Part shown: piece by piece, positions 9,145 through 18,149 of the stretch
Layout: every line of letters begins with the position of its first letter
Position numbering within the stretch: the first letter of the stretch is position 1
Origin: Candidatus Micrarchaeota archaeon
Lineage (GTDB): Archaea > Micrarchaeota > Micrarchaeia > Norongarragalinales > UBA97
DNA length: 64,000 nucleotides
Reading direction: 5' to 3'
Assembly: GCA_016194335.1 (NCBI GenBank)
Contig: JACQBR010000008.1
Coordinates: 864 to 64,863 of the forward strand
Notes under the pieces: generated by a model
The model's database searches: none
Seen by the model: only the letters and a program-made list of their open reading frames with translations
Told to the model about the DNA's origin: nothing
Position numbers and translations under genes: made by a program

Positions 9145-9780
9145 ATGAGAATCGGAATCACGGGAACGCCGTGCACGGGAAAGACCACGCTGGCCAAGGC
9201 GCTTGCGAAAAAATTGCGGGCAAAGTGCGTGAGTGCCAGCGACGTGGTGATGCGGAAGAAAGCGATTGAGAAGATTGAGGGCAGCGGCGAAATCGTTGCG
9301 GATTTGAGGAAACTCAAAAAAGAATTGGAGAAAATAATCGAAAAAAGCAAGAAGGTCGTCGTTGAGGGGCACCTGATTTGCGAGTTTTCCCTTCCCCTTG
9401 ACGTCCTGGTAATCCTGAGGGCGAACCCCCTTGTGCTTGAGAGGAGGATGAGGGCGAGGCGTTATGCGCAGGATAAGATTGACGAAAACCTTCTCGCGGA
9501 AATCATCGACTATTGCCTGATCAATTCGGAGCAGAATTACGCGGGCAGGCTCAAGGCCAAAAAGACCGCAATTCTGCAGGTGGACGCGAGCGGTGGAGGG
9601 GCGGCGAAGGTTTCATCCCAGTTGGTGGCGAGGTTCTCTCCATTCCCCCCTAAGCGCGGCGGCTCGAAAGGGAAGGCTGGCGGAGCGCTTAAAAACATTG
9701 TGCCCCCTAAGGAGAAGGGTATAGACTGGAGCAGGATGCTGCTGGAAGGGCAATTCTCTCGTTTGGCCCGCAGCAAATAA
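9145..9780 (+). CDS. P-loop kinase, Fap7/adenylate-kinase-6-like
   Basis: MRIGITGTPCTGKTTLAKALA is a Walker A motif. Size and layout resemble archaeal Fap7/AK6. It carries a C-terminal Gly/Lys-rich extension. Confidence 0.55.
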   Translation: MRIGITGTPCTGKTTLAKALAKKLRAKCVSASDVVMRKKAIEKIEGSGEIVADLRKLKKELEKIIEKSKKVVVEGHLICEFSLPLDVLVILRANPLVLERRMRARRYAQDKIDENLLAEIIDYCLINSEQNYAGRLKAKKTAILQVDASGGGAAKVSSQLVARFSPFPPKRGGSKGKAGGALKNIVPPKEKGIDWSRMLLEGQFSRLARSK

Positions 9781-9858
9781 TCCCGGCCCGCTTACAAAGG
9801 CTTATAAACGCGTTATGGTAATTATGTTGGCTTTAGGCCATTAGAGGTGCAAGCGATT

Positions 9859-9999
9859 ATGGAGATTGATTCGGTCCGCAAGGTCCAGCCCGTCTTCAAG
9901 CTCGGCGACGACGGTGATGACGACGAGTGGGAGGACGAGGACGACTGGGACGAGGACGAGGACTGGGAAGACGACGAGAGTTCGGAAGAAGGCGACTAA
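9859..9999 (+). CDS. Small (46 aa), extremely acidic DE/W-rich protein
   Basis: ATG is preceded by a TATA-like cttataaa about 50 nt upstream. MEIDSVRKVQPVFKLGDDGDDDEWEDEDDWDEDEDWEDDESSEEGD. Below the 60-aa ORF-track cutoff. Confidence 0.4.
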   Translation: MEIDSVRKVQPVFKLGDDGDDDEWEDEDDWDEDEDWEDDESSEEGD

Positions 10000-10122
10000 A
10001 CTCCTTCCCTTCCCAACCCGGTTTTTCCCAGGTTCTTCCCAAAGTTGCCCTCCTTTCCTCTTTAACCTTTTTTCCCCCATTTACCGCTTCTTTTATTTAC
10101 CGTCCATTCCCTAATCGCCTCC

Positions 10123-10644
10123 ATGAAAAAACTCCTTTCCCGCGCCCGTGGGCGGCTCAAAAAGCCGCTTGGAAGGCTGCTGGACAAAAGACAGGCAGCC
10201 GCGTTTTTGGAAAGTTGCAAAAAGCACAAGCCGTTCCTCGTCACTGTCGGCGACGCAACCACCGGCCTTGCGCTGGGGCGCGGGATTTCTCCCTCCGTCT
10301 CGGTTGTCGACCTCAAAATCGCGAGGGAGAAAGTCGAAGCCCACCACGTCAAGCAATTGCTTCTTGCCGGCGCGGTGCTGCTTGAGGCTAAAAATGCGCC
10401 GGGAACAATCTCGGTTGAATCGGAGAAGAAAATTGCAGAGGCAATAAAATTTTCAAGGAAGGGGAAGAAGGTAATCCTGCTCATTGACGGCGAGGAAGAC
10501 CTCCTAACCCTGCCCGCAATCGTTTCCGCGCCCGTTGGCGCGCTCGTGCTTTACGGCCAGCCGGGTGAGGGGCTGGTGGCGGTTGAAGTCACTGCGGGGA
10601 AGAAGGGGGAAATCCGTAAAATTCTCGGCACGGGATTCGGCTGA
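10123..10644 (+). CDS. DUF359/COG1909-like protein, possibly a GTP-dependent dephospho-CoA kinase
   Basis: Roughly 170 aa with a basic N-terminus, PFLVTVGDATT and LIDGEEDLLTLPA blocks. The family assignment is from memory, not verified. Confidence 0.35.
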   Translation: MKKLLSRARGRLKKPLGRLLDKRQAAAFLESCKKHKPFLVTVGDATTGLALGRGISPSVSVVDLKIAREKVEAHHVKQLLLAGAVLLEAKNAPGTISVESEKKIAEAIKFSRKGKKVILLIDGEEDLLTLPAIVSAPVGALVLYGQPGEGLVAVEVTAGKKGEIRKILGTGFG

Positions 10645-11340
10645 TTACCGCCTGCCCTTTCCCTTCTGCGCCTTTTCCATCTCGCCTGCCATCTGCAGGG
10701 TGATTACGTCGGTGGGAATGGCGTCCTCCTTCTTGAGGCCGAGCTTGGCAACCAGCTCGTAGGCGCGCTTTTCGCTCCTTTCCCGTTGGTGGACGAAGTT
10801 CGTTGCCGGAAGCGCAACTTCGAGAAAATCGCCGAACTCTTCGATGGAGAAGGCTGCGAGCGGGATTTCAAGCGAGGCGAAGCGCCAGACGGTGTATTCG
10901 CGGGCAAGCGCCTCTTCGTAGCCGAGTTCCTGGAGGTCTTCCATCATCTTGTACGCGCTTGTCACTTCAAGGCCCAGCTTTTCCTCCTCTTGCACCATGT
11001 ACGTCTCCGCAACGACGGTCTCCTCTTCGGTCTTCCTGTCCGTGCGCACGAGAAGGTAGGAGAACACGCCTTCGCCGAACTGCTTGGCGTGCACCACTTC
11101 GGAATACTCCCCGCCCCCGAGGAACTTGGCGTGCACTTTCTTCTCAAGGAGCCCCACCGTCTCTTCCGCGTCTTGCAGCGGGAAGGAAAGCCTCGCTTCG
11201 GGAAGCTTCCACTTGAGCTTGTGCTCCTTGCCCAAAGTTTTTTTCCTCACTCCCGCGAGCCTGTCAAGCGCGTTGAGGAGGGGGTTGGCGTCAATCATGT
11301 TCAAACATCTCTTGCAACAGGCGCACTTATGGCAAACCAA
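10645..11340 (-). CDS. CYTH-domain (triphosphate tunnel metalloenzyme) protein
   Basis: N-terminal HKLKWKL resembles ExExK. C-terminal ...FSIEEFGDFLEVAL matches the CYTH GxFxEIE motif. The true start may be the Met at 11298. Confidence 0.5.
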   Translation of the reverse strand: MVCHKCACCKRCLNMIDANPLLNALDRLAGVRKKTLGKEHKLKWKLPEARLSFPLQDAEETVGLLEKKVHAKFLGGGEYSEVVHAKQFGEGVFSYLLVRTDRKTEEETVVAETYMVQEEEKLGLEVTSAYKMMEDLQELGYEEALAREYTVWRFASLEIPLAAFSIEEFGDFLEVALPATNFVHQRERSEKRAYELVAKLGLKKEDAIPTDVITLQMAGEMEKAQKGKGRR

Positions 11341-11376
11341 GAAAGTCTTGCGGCAGTCTTATCTCGGTTTGCAACT

Positions 11377-11420
11377 AGCGGATTGCAATGTGGCATTCGC
11401 ATTACTTTTGCAATCCGCTA
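11377..11420. promoter_or_regulatory. Perfect 13-bp inverted repeat (tagcggattgcaa / ttgcaatccgcta) with an 18-nt spacer
   Basis: Lies between the truD 3' end and the CYTH gene 5' end. Could be a terminator or an operator. Confidence 0.4.
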
Positions 11421-11468
11421 TAAGTATTGAGGAAGCCTGACTAATTAAAAAGCAGCATCACCCCCGAT

Positions 11469-12749
11469 TTAAGGCCCGGCCTTTGCATCAATCTCCGAAG
11501 TTTGGCCACCAAGCAGAAACTCGAGGGCGGCGGTGGCATAGGCGCCCGGGGGCAGGCTGAATTTCAGGAGCACGGCGTTTCCCTCTTGAATTGTTTTGGC
11601 CTCAAAGCCCTTGATGGGAATGAATTGGGCGCGCAGCGTCCCCCTGCTGGCAAGCTCGGGCATCGGCGGCGTGGCGAAGTCCTCCTGCGCAACCCCCTCG
11701 TCGTGGAGGATCTTCCGCTCCAGTTCGTCCAGCTTCGATTCCGTGCCAATGAGGCTTGCGGCAATGAATGCCTTCCCGTCCGCAACCAATGCGCCAATCG
11801 CCTCAGCCTCCTCCCTGTTTTCAATTGTTCTAAACTCGGCGCTTGGAAAGCCGGTTATGGGACTTGCGTTGAAGTAATGGGCGCCCACTGCCGGAGACGC
11901 AATGCCGCGTTCAATCCTTTGCCTCAGGGCCTGGTTGAACAGTTTCGCCTCGAAGGCGTTGACGAACATCAGCTCAAGCGGCCGCGGGAGCTTCCGGATG
12001 GCCCCTACGAAATCAGTGGGGTTCCTCGCAAGGTGGGAGAGCATCATCCGTTCAAAGCGCAGGTGCTTGGGAAAGGCCGAGGCCGCCTTCCTGAAGTCCT
12101 TGCCCGTTGAAAGCTCCTGCCTTGCCCTCACGGCAGCCTCGTTCCTCTCCCCCTGCGTGCCGCAGAGGTATTCCATCGCCGCGGCCTCGAAGTCGCCCTT
12201 GAGCATGAGCCTTCCTACTTCGGCGGTGTTTCCCCTGCTGCCGAACCTCTGGCCCCCGAAAAAGTTAGGCACTACAAAACCGAATTCCTCCGCCCTTTTG
12301 CAGATGGCGCAGGCATCCGGCTCCACTCCGCAATTCCCCCGGTTGAGGGTGATTTCAAACCGGTTGCCCCCCACCGCGCCCAGCTTCACTTTTTCCCGCG
12401 CCTTCCACGCGCCGTTGATTGCAATGTCCTTCACGCGCGTTGCCGCCGCGATGAGGCGCCCGGGCTCGAGGGTGAATGCGCTTGCGAGCTGCACGCTTGT
12501 GGAGTTGCGGTCCTTCGTGCCGGCGAAGTCGAAGCGCCTCCTTGAAACTCCCGCCGCGCGCGCGAGGGCGTCGAGGGCGTCGGTGGTGTTCCAGCCCCGC
12601 TTTTGGAGGATGAAGTGGCAGAAATAGTCCCGCTCGAGGGCCTGGTCATCCTCCCTGCCGAGGGAGAGGGGCTTTCCCAGTTCGAGCAGCGTGCCGTTTG
12701 GCGTGATTTCCTCGACGATGAATTCCTCTGGAGAGAAGTTGAAGCGCAT
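11469..12749 (-). CDS. truD: tRNA pseudouridine synthase TruD/Pus10-like (Psi13)
   Basis: FAGTKDRNSTSVQ and FGGQRFG motifs. Start set at MRFNFSPEEF; the upstream 32 codons of the ORF-track are probably not translated. Confidence 0.8.
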   Translation of the reverse strand: MRFNFSPEEFIVEEITPNGTLLELGKPLSLGREDDQALERDYFCHFILQKRGWNTTDALDALARAAGVSRRRFDFAGTKDRNSTSVQLASAFTLEPGRLIAAATRVKDIAINGAWKAREKVKLGAVGGNRFEITLNRGNCGVEPDACAICKRAEEFGFVVPNFFGGQRFGSRGNTAEVGRLMLKGDFEAAAMEYLCGTQGERNEAAVRARQELSTGKDFRKAASAFPKHLRFERMMLSHLARNPTDFVGAIRKLPRPLELMFVNAFEAKLFNQALRQRIERGIASPAVGAHYFNASPITGFPSAEFRTIENREEAEAIGALVADGKAFIAASLIGTESKLDELERKILHDEGVAQEDFATPPMPELASRGTLRAQFIPIKGFEAKTIQEGNAVLLKFSLPPGAYATAALEFLLGGQTSEIDAKAGP

Positions 12750-12790
12750 AGTGAGAGGGGGGGGAGTGGGCACTTGAGATGGATGCCGGT

Positions 12791-13042
12791 TCACAGAAGC
12801 AGCATCGCGATTGCGAACACGACGAAAACGACTACCGAGAACCACGTGCTCACGTACGCAACCGCCGCCAGCACGAGCGGGACGGCAATGGCCCAGAGGA
12901 GCATCGTGGGGTTGTTCACGCTGAGGTGCGCCCCGTACGCCACGCCAAGGGCGAAGATTATGAAGATGAATGCCGCAAACCGCCTGAGAGTGAGGGTGAG
13001 GCTGTCGACGATGGAATATCCGATGTCCTCAAGCAGACCCAT
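12791..13042 (-). CDS. Small membrane protein (83 aa, 2-3 TM)
   Basis: Hydrophobic helices FAAFIFIIFALGVAYG and AIAVPLVLAAVAYV. Confidence 0.4.
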   Translation of the reverse strand: MGLLEDIGYSIVDSLTLTLRRFAAFIFIIFALGVAYGAHLSVNNPTMLLWAIAVPLVLAAVAYVSTWFSVVVFVVFAIAMLLL

Positions 13043-13163
13043 TCAAACCAGCCTTTTATCTCATCAAGTTTTCCATTGTTTTTTGCAAACCGCGGCCAGC
13101 AAAACTAATCCGGTGCCTTTGTGCAAATCGCGATTTCCATTACCTTAGCGCTTTCCCGCCTTT

Positions 13164-14861
13164 TTATCTGTATCGAAGGAACGCGCCGATGCCCTTGAAC
13201 GTTCCGTAGAACTGGTCGCCCTCTGCCGTTTCGCGCGATATCATCTCAACCACCACCCCCCTCTCCTCTGCAAGGCCGATGATGTCGTTGATGAGGTCCG
13301 TCTCTTTCTCAATCCTGAACTTTCCGCTCTTGCACTCGCTGCAGTCCTCCATGTGGGCGTTGTTGGTGCTTTGGATGGTCTTGGAAAAGCCGCACTGGCC
13401 GCACTTGAGCTGCAGTTCGTAGAGGTTCTGGTTTTCGCTTACGAGAAGCATCTTGGCCTGGTTGGCCTCAATTGCCTTTTTCACGTTGCCGTAGTTGGAG
13501 ACCACGAGCCCGCCGCGCACCGCCTCCTTGAGGAATTCGTCAAGAAGCTTCTTTTCCCTCACCGCCTCCTGCTCTGAAATCAGGTCCGAGGCCTTCTCCA
13601 TCACTTCCCTAAGGCCGTACTCGTCGGTATAGCCCGTGTCGACGATGCCGAGAATCTTGAGCTGGTAGTTGAACGGCGCGGCCTTCACCAAATCCTCCTT
13701 CGCCGGCCCCGGCCCTCCGACAATGACGCCCTTGAAGTTCTTCACCTCCAGAAACGCCGCCATCGCCTCGCCGATGCGCTCCTGGAAATACTCGATTCCC
13801 TCCTCGCGCAGCCGCGAGAAGCGCTGGGATGAGTTGTGCGCGACAATGCCGTTTGCGATGAAGTTCTCGTTCCCGGGTATTTCGAGGTCGTAGAAAAATG
13901 CCGTTGGATTGCGAATCACTTGAATAAAATCGATGGGGGAAATTGAGAGCTGGGAGAGAAGGGAGATTGAAGAGGTTGAGGCATTTTCCGCCGTAGAGTG
14001 GTTTAAATTCCCTTTTGAAAGCAGGCGTTCGCCGACGCTGAGGTCTTCTGCAAACCTTTCCCTCACCCTGCCGTTTTCGGAAACGAAGAAGCGGTGCTCT
14101 TTGGTGGCAATTATTTCTCCGCCGTTTCCAGTCTTGATTAGGAGCGCATCGTCAGAATTTCTCGCAAAAACATTGATGCATTCCTGTTCTTCAAATAGCT
14201 GGGTTTTCCAGTTGAACGAGAGCAGTTTATCTCCTGGCTTAACTTCCCGAATTTCCTTTATTTCCCCGCTGGCCATTTGCACCAACGTTTTTTCATGGAG
14301 GCACTGTCCACCTTTATGAGTCTTGGCATGCGCGGTCGAGTGGATTTGCTTGATGACTTTTATGTTCTTGCCCTTGAGCACCGCCACGGTCGCTTCCTTG
14401 CCGTCCATCACCACCAGCCCGTAAGCGCCGCTGTGCTCCACAAGCTCCTCAAGCGGCTCGAGGACGAAAGTGGATTCGCAGCGGTAGAACTGGGCGTTGA
14501 GGGGAACGGGCGGGACGATGGAATAGAGCTGCAAATCCTGCCTCCCTTCGGTTTCGGAGAGGTTGCCGCAGAAAATCGCCATTCCCGTCTTTGGCGTTTC
14601 GCGAAACGTCTTGAGGTACTGCACTATCTTTTCCAGCGCGGCAATCACGTTCTTGCGCGTGGAGGTGCTCTTGATGTTCGTCGCCGCGCCGGCCTCTTCC
14701 TTGAGCTTGCCGGCAATCTCGCTGATGGGATAGCCGGGAGTCATGTACACGCTGATGAGCTCGGTTCCCCTGCCCCGGAATTCCCTAAGCGACTTTATCT
14801 GCTTCTTGAACTCGTAAATCTCCCTGCTCTTCTGCGAGGAGAGGTCAGCACTGATTGCCAT
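13164..14861 (-). CDS. prf1: Peptide chain release factor aRF1, interrupted by a 157-aa mini-intein
   Basis: eRF1 domains. TAHAKTHKGGQ is followed by Cys, and the extein resumes SSQRFSRLRE. C-terminal zinc ribbon CGQCG...CSEC. Confidence 0.9.
   Translation of the reverse strand: MAISADLSSQKSREIYEFKKQIKSLREFRGRGTELISVYMTPGYPISEIAGKLKEEAGAATNIKSTSTRKNVIAALEKIVQYLKTFRETPKTGMAIFCGNLSETEGRQDLQLYSIVPPVPLNAQFYRCESTFVLEPLEELVEHSGAYGLVVMDGKEATVAVLKGKNIKVIKQIHSTAHAKTHKGGQCLHEKTLVQMASGEIKEIREVKPGDKLLSFNWKTQLFEEQECINVFARNSDDALLIKTGNGGEIIATKEHRFFVSENGRVRERFAEDLSVGERLLSKGNLNHSTAENASTSSISLLSQLSISPIDFIQVIRNPTAFFYDLEIPGNENFIANGIVAHNSSQRFSRLREEGIEYFQERIGEAMAAFLEVKNFKGVIVGGPGPAKEDLVKAAPFNYQLKILGIVDTGYTDEYGLREVMEKASDLISEQEAVREKKLLDEFLKEAVRGGLVVSNYGNVKKAIEANQAKMLLVSENQNLYELQLKCGQCGFSKTIQSTNNAHMEDCSECKSGKFRIEKETDLINDIIGLAEERGVVVEMISRETAEGDQFYGTFKGIGAFLRYR
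13833..14303 (-). mobile_element. Mini-intein (157 aa, no endonuclease domain) inserted immediately after the GGQ motif of aRF1
   Basis: CLHEKTL...IVAHN with +1 Ser. Removing it restores GGQSSQRF, which matches the consensus GGQSA.RF. Confidence 0.85.
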
Positions 14862-14931
14862 AAGAGGTAATTAGAAGGAGGAAGTTTAAAGGGGTGACTG
14901 ATTTAATCGCCTGCTTTGTCGGGGGTGGAAA

Positions 14932-15564
14932 CTACTCGATGCTCACGCGCCGGTATTTCCCGAGGCGGGGCGTGACTGCCTGGTGGGTATTTCCCAGCAG
15001 TATCACGACGTCAGGTTGCGCTTTTCCTATCCGCCGCACGATTGAGTCGTGGTAAATCCCGCGCAGCCTGCCCAATTTTTTCTCATGAGCTTCGGCTTGC
15101 AGCGAAGCGCGCTGGGAGTCTTGGGCAGTTTTGGCTTCACTGGCCTTCTGCCTTGAATTGAGGATGGCGGCTTGGAGGTAATCCATTTTTCTCATGCACG
15201 AGCCGCTCTGTATTCCGCGTATCTCCATGCCTAACTTCCTTGCGTGCAGGATGGCGTGAATCAGCGGAGGCATTCCGACGCCCGCCCCTTCCTGCTCGCC
15301 GTAATCCTCAAGGCCCCTTTCAATTTCCGGGATGTGTTCGGGGCGTATCTTGTCAGTCAGTTCCTTCGTGAATTCCACTGCCAATGTTCTTGCCCCGTTT
15401 TTGCGGGCCCGGTCGATCTCCGTTTCCAGCCGGCTTATCGTAGATTCGGATTGCGCAATGGCATGGCCTTTCGGTATCAAGCTCCCCAATAGCCCTATCG
15501 CTATTTTTTCAGGTTTTTTCTCCAGTTCCCCCGCCGTAAATCCCGCCACCGAACTCACCCTCAC
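14932..15564 (-). CDS. Hypothetical protein (210 aa) downstream of serS
   Basis: ORF co-directional with serS and overlapping it by 4 nt. No motif recognised. Confidence 0.35.
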   Translation of the reverse strand: MRVSSVAGFTAGELEKKPEKIAIGLLGSLIPKGHAIAQSESTISRLETEIDRARKNGARTLAVEFTKELTDKIRPEHIPEIERGLEDYGEQEGAGVGMPPLIHAILHARKLGMEIRGIQSGSCMRKMDYLQAAILNSRQKASEAKTAQDSQRASLQAEAHEKKLGRLRGIYHDSIVRRIGKAQPDVVILLGNTHQAVTPRLGKYRRVSIE

Positions 15565-16880
15565 GTCGTCTTCGGCCTTTTTACCGGCCGTAGTTTTTCA
15601 AGCCCGTTCATGTAGGGCTGGAGGGCCTTGGGAATAAGCACGCTGCCGTCCTTCTGCTGGCAGTTTTCCAGAATCGAGCGCATTGCCCTTGAAGTGGCAA
15701 CGGCAGTTGAGTTGAGCGTGTGGCAGTATTCCTTCTCCTCCCCTCCCTTGCGCGTGCGGTATTTCACGCTGAGGCCAACTGCCTGGTAATCGGTGCAGTT
15801 GCTGCAACTGACTGCCTCCTTGTACTCGGCCTCGCGGGGCATCCACACTTCGAGGTCGAGTTTTTTCGCCGCGACGGTGCCGATGTCGCCCGTGCAGATT
15901 GAAACGATGCGGTATGGAAGCCCTAGTTTCTGGAAAATAAGCTCCGCGTTGGCAATCAGCTCGTCGAAAATCTTCCAGCTTTCCTCCTGCTTGCAGAAGA
16001 CGAATTGCTCCACCTTGTTGAACTGGTGCATCCGGAAAAGCCCCCTCGTGTCAACCCCGTGGCTGCCGATTTCCTTCCTGAAGCACGGGCTCACCCCCGC
16101 GAGCCTGACGGGAAGGTCCTCCGGCTCGAAAATGTCGCCCGCGTGCATCGCGGCAATCGCGTGCTCGCTCGTCGCTATGAGATACTTGTCCATCCCCTCG
16201 ATTTTGTACATCATGGTCTCGAAATCGGCAAGGTCCGTGACGCCTTCATAAGGCGCCTTGTCAACCATGAGCGGGACCTCGATTATGGTGAAGCCCCTTT
16301 TTTCGAGGGTGTCAAGCGCGAAGAGCTGGAGGGCGAAGTCGAGACGCGCGAGGTCGCCCAATAGATAGGCGAATCCCGCGCCGCTTGCCTTTGCCGCGCG
16401 GGAGAAATCAGCCCAGCCGTTCTCCTCCGCCAGCTCGCCGTGCACCTTCAGCTCAAAGTGTGGCTTTTTGGGTTCCTTCCCTTCCGGCCATTTTCTCACA
16501 ACGGCGTTGTCGCTCCCGTCTTTCCCCACGGGGACGCTGTGGTGCAGGATGTTTGGAAATTTGCGGACCGCCACTGCAATTTCCTCGTCGAGATACTTGG
16601 CGCGGTCCTCGTTTTCCCTAATCAGCCCCGGGATTTTCGACGCTTCCTTCTTGAGCTCGTCCGCCTTTCTCTTCTCCCCCGCCTTTATCGCCTCGGAAAT
16701 GCCGCGCGTGACCTGGTTGCGCCTCGCGCGCAGCTCGTCGCCCTCCACCTGGAGCTTGCGCCTCTCCGAATCGTTGCTGAGCAATTCGTCAAGGACTTCG
16801 AGCTTTTCCTTCCGGCCCCTCTTCTGGAGGTCCCTCTTCACGATGTCGGGATTGTTGCGGATGAAGCGGAGGTCGAGCAT
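15561..16880 (-). CDS. serS: Seryl-tRNA synthetase
   Basis: N-terminal coiled coil. Class II motifs FRKE, GLFRMHQF, GLPYRIV. Confidence 0.92.
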   Translation of the reverse strand: MLDLRFIRNNPDIVKRDLQKRGRKEKLEVLDELLSNDSERRKLQVEGDELRARRNQVTRGISEAIKAGEKRKADELKKEASKIPGLIRENEDRAKYLDEEIAVAVRKFPNILHHSVPVGKDGSDNAVVRKWPEGKEPKKPHFELKVHGELAEENGWADFSRAAKASGAGFAYLLGDLARLDFALQLFALDTLEKRGFTIIEVPLMVDKAPYEGVTDLADFETMMYKIEGMDKYLIATSEHAIAAMHAGDIFEPEDLPVRLAGVSPCFRKEIGSHGVDTRGLFRMHQFNKVEQFVFCKQEESWKIFDELIANAELIFQKLGLPYRIVSICTGDIGTVAAKKLDLEVWMPREAEYKEAVSCSNCTDYQAVGLSVKYRTRKGGEEKEYCHTLNSTAVATSRAMRSILENCQQKDGSVLIPKALQPYMNGLEKLRPVKRPKTT

Positions 16881-16890
16881 GTGGTTTTTC

Positions 16891-17115
16891 CTACGAGTAT
16901 TTCAGGAAATCTTCGCGGCTTATGGCTAAATCCTTTCTTATCATCTTGTTGAGCGGCCCCCTGTCGATGTCTTCCCCGCCGTGGTTTGGAACAAGCGTGG
17001 TCCTTCCGTCCGCATGCCTGAAGAAAGCGTGGCTTCCTTCTTGGCGGATGAGCTCAAAACCCGTTTTATGAAGAATCTTTGTCAACTCTTTTGCATTAAG
17101 CAGTGGGAGTTTCAA
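16891..17115 (-). CDS. hicA: HicA mRNA-interferase toxin
   Basis: 74 aa, YcfA/HicA-like (..EGSHAFFRH..). Lies directly downstream of the hicB-like gene. Confidence 0.7.
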   Translation of the reverse strand: MKLPLLNAKELTKILHKTGFELIRQEGSHAFFRHADGRTTLVPNHGGEDIDRGPLNKMIRKDLAISREDFLKYS

Positions 17116-17334
17116 TCAAACCGCCACTTTTTGCACTCCTATAAACTTGTGAAGTTCTTCCCCCGCCCCTTCAACCTTGAGGTAAAGCGCAATAGCCTCT
17201 TTGGTTCTCCGCATGAGCTCGTAAAGCGTCTTGGTTTGAGTGTGGCAGCCGGGCAGTTCGACGACCTCAGAAATGAGGCAGCCGTCTTCCCCCTCTTCAA
17301 TAACGACGGTAAACTCGTTGGTCACTTTGCTCAC
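17116..17334 (-). CDS. hicB: HicB antitoxin (UPF0150)
   Basis: 72 aa with EEGEDGCLISEVVELPGCHTQTKTLYE, typical of HicB. Confidence 0.7.
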   Translation of the reverse strand: MSKVTNEFTVVIEEGEDGCLISEVVELPGCHTQTKTLYELMRRTKEAIALYLKVEGAGEELHKFIGVQKVAV

Positions 17335-17418
17335 CTTCTGAATTTCTTGTGATTAAATACCCTTAGCGCCAAAATGGTATAAGAAGCATTCGTCGAAAGA
17401 GAGTTGGCTGTTGCCGTG

Positions 17419-17994
17419 TTATTTTCGCAACATCTCGCTTCTCGCCGCCTCGAGCTGGCCGCGCAGCACGTCCTGCTTGTGCTTGAGGGGACCGACGAGG
17501 GAGGAGGAGAACTTCACGAGCATGAGGTTGTCGTAAAGCTCGTTCATCTTCCCGAAGTAGTATTCCGCCTGTTTTTTCTTTCCCGCCAAGAGCGAGTTTT
17601 GCAGCGCGCGGCGCAGTTCTCCGGAGCAGTCGGCAAGGCCGTTGAGGTACGCCACGGGCGTGACTTTGAGCTCTTCGTGCGTGGGGAATTCCCTGTGCTC
17701 GTACACCGCGAGGAGCGAGGAGATTTCGACGAACTCCTGGTAGCACTGGAAGCTTATGTTTTCAAGCCCGTGGTCGATTTCGCGCATGTGGGCCGCGAGG
17801 CCCCCGATTCTGGTCAGCCCTTCCTTCGCGCCGGCGATGTTCCCCGTGTGGATGTCTTTGATTGCCGAAGCGCTCTCGCGGATGATCTGCCTTGAGAGCT
17901 GGAGGACCTCATCCTGCCTCTTCTCCTTTTCGGCAAATTCCTTCACGATGAATTCGATGCAGTCGCGCCAGTTGGTTGCCTTGCTTTTTTCCAT
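17419..17994 (-). CDS. Translin-family protein
   Basis: Roughly 190-aa alpha-helical protein with translin-like blocks. Start set at MEKSK; the ORF-track extends to 18048. Confidence 0.4.
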   Translation of the reverse strand: MEKSKATNWRDCIEFIVKEFAEKEKRQDEVLQLSRQIIRESASAIKDIHTGNIAGAKEGLTRIGGLAAHMREIDHGLENISFQCYQEFVEISSLLAVYEHREFPTHEELKVTPVAYLNGLADCSGELRRALQNSLLAGKKKQAEYYFGKMNELYDNLMLVKFSSSLVGPLKHKQDVLRGQLEAARSEMLRK

Positions 17995-18149
17995 AACCAG
18001 ATTAGCGCTTAGCACATTTAAGTTACTTCCCAAAGGCCGGGAAGACACGGCTTTCCGCCAGCGCTTTCGATGCGGTGCGAAGCCAGCAAACCAAAGCAGC
18101 GTTTTACGCTAATCTGGCTTCACGCCGCAGAGCGACGAACGTAGCGAAT

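Noticed and set aside
10786-11430. 214-aa plus-strand ORF overlapping the CYTH gene
   Set aside because: Arg/His/Leu-rich antisense pattern. The minus-strand product has coherent CYTH motifs.
11502-12627. Plus-strand ORFs (202 and 241 aa) within truD
   Set aside because: Antisense to truD, whose TruD motifs are clear. Low-complexity Arg/Ser/Ala content.
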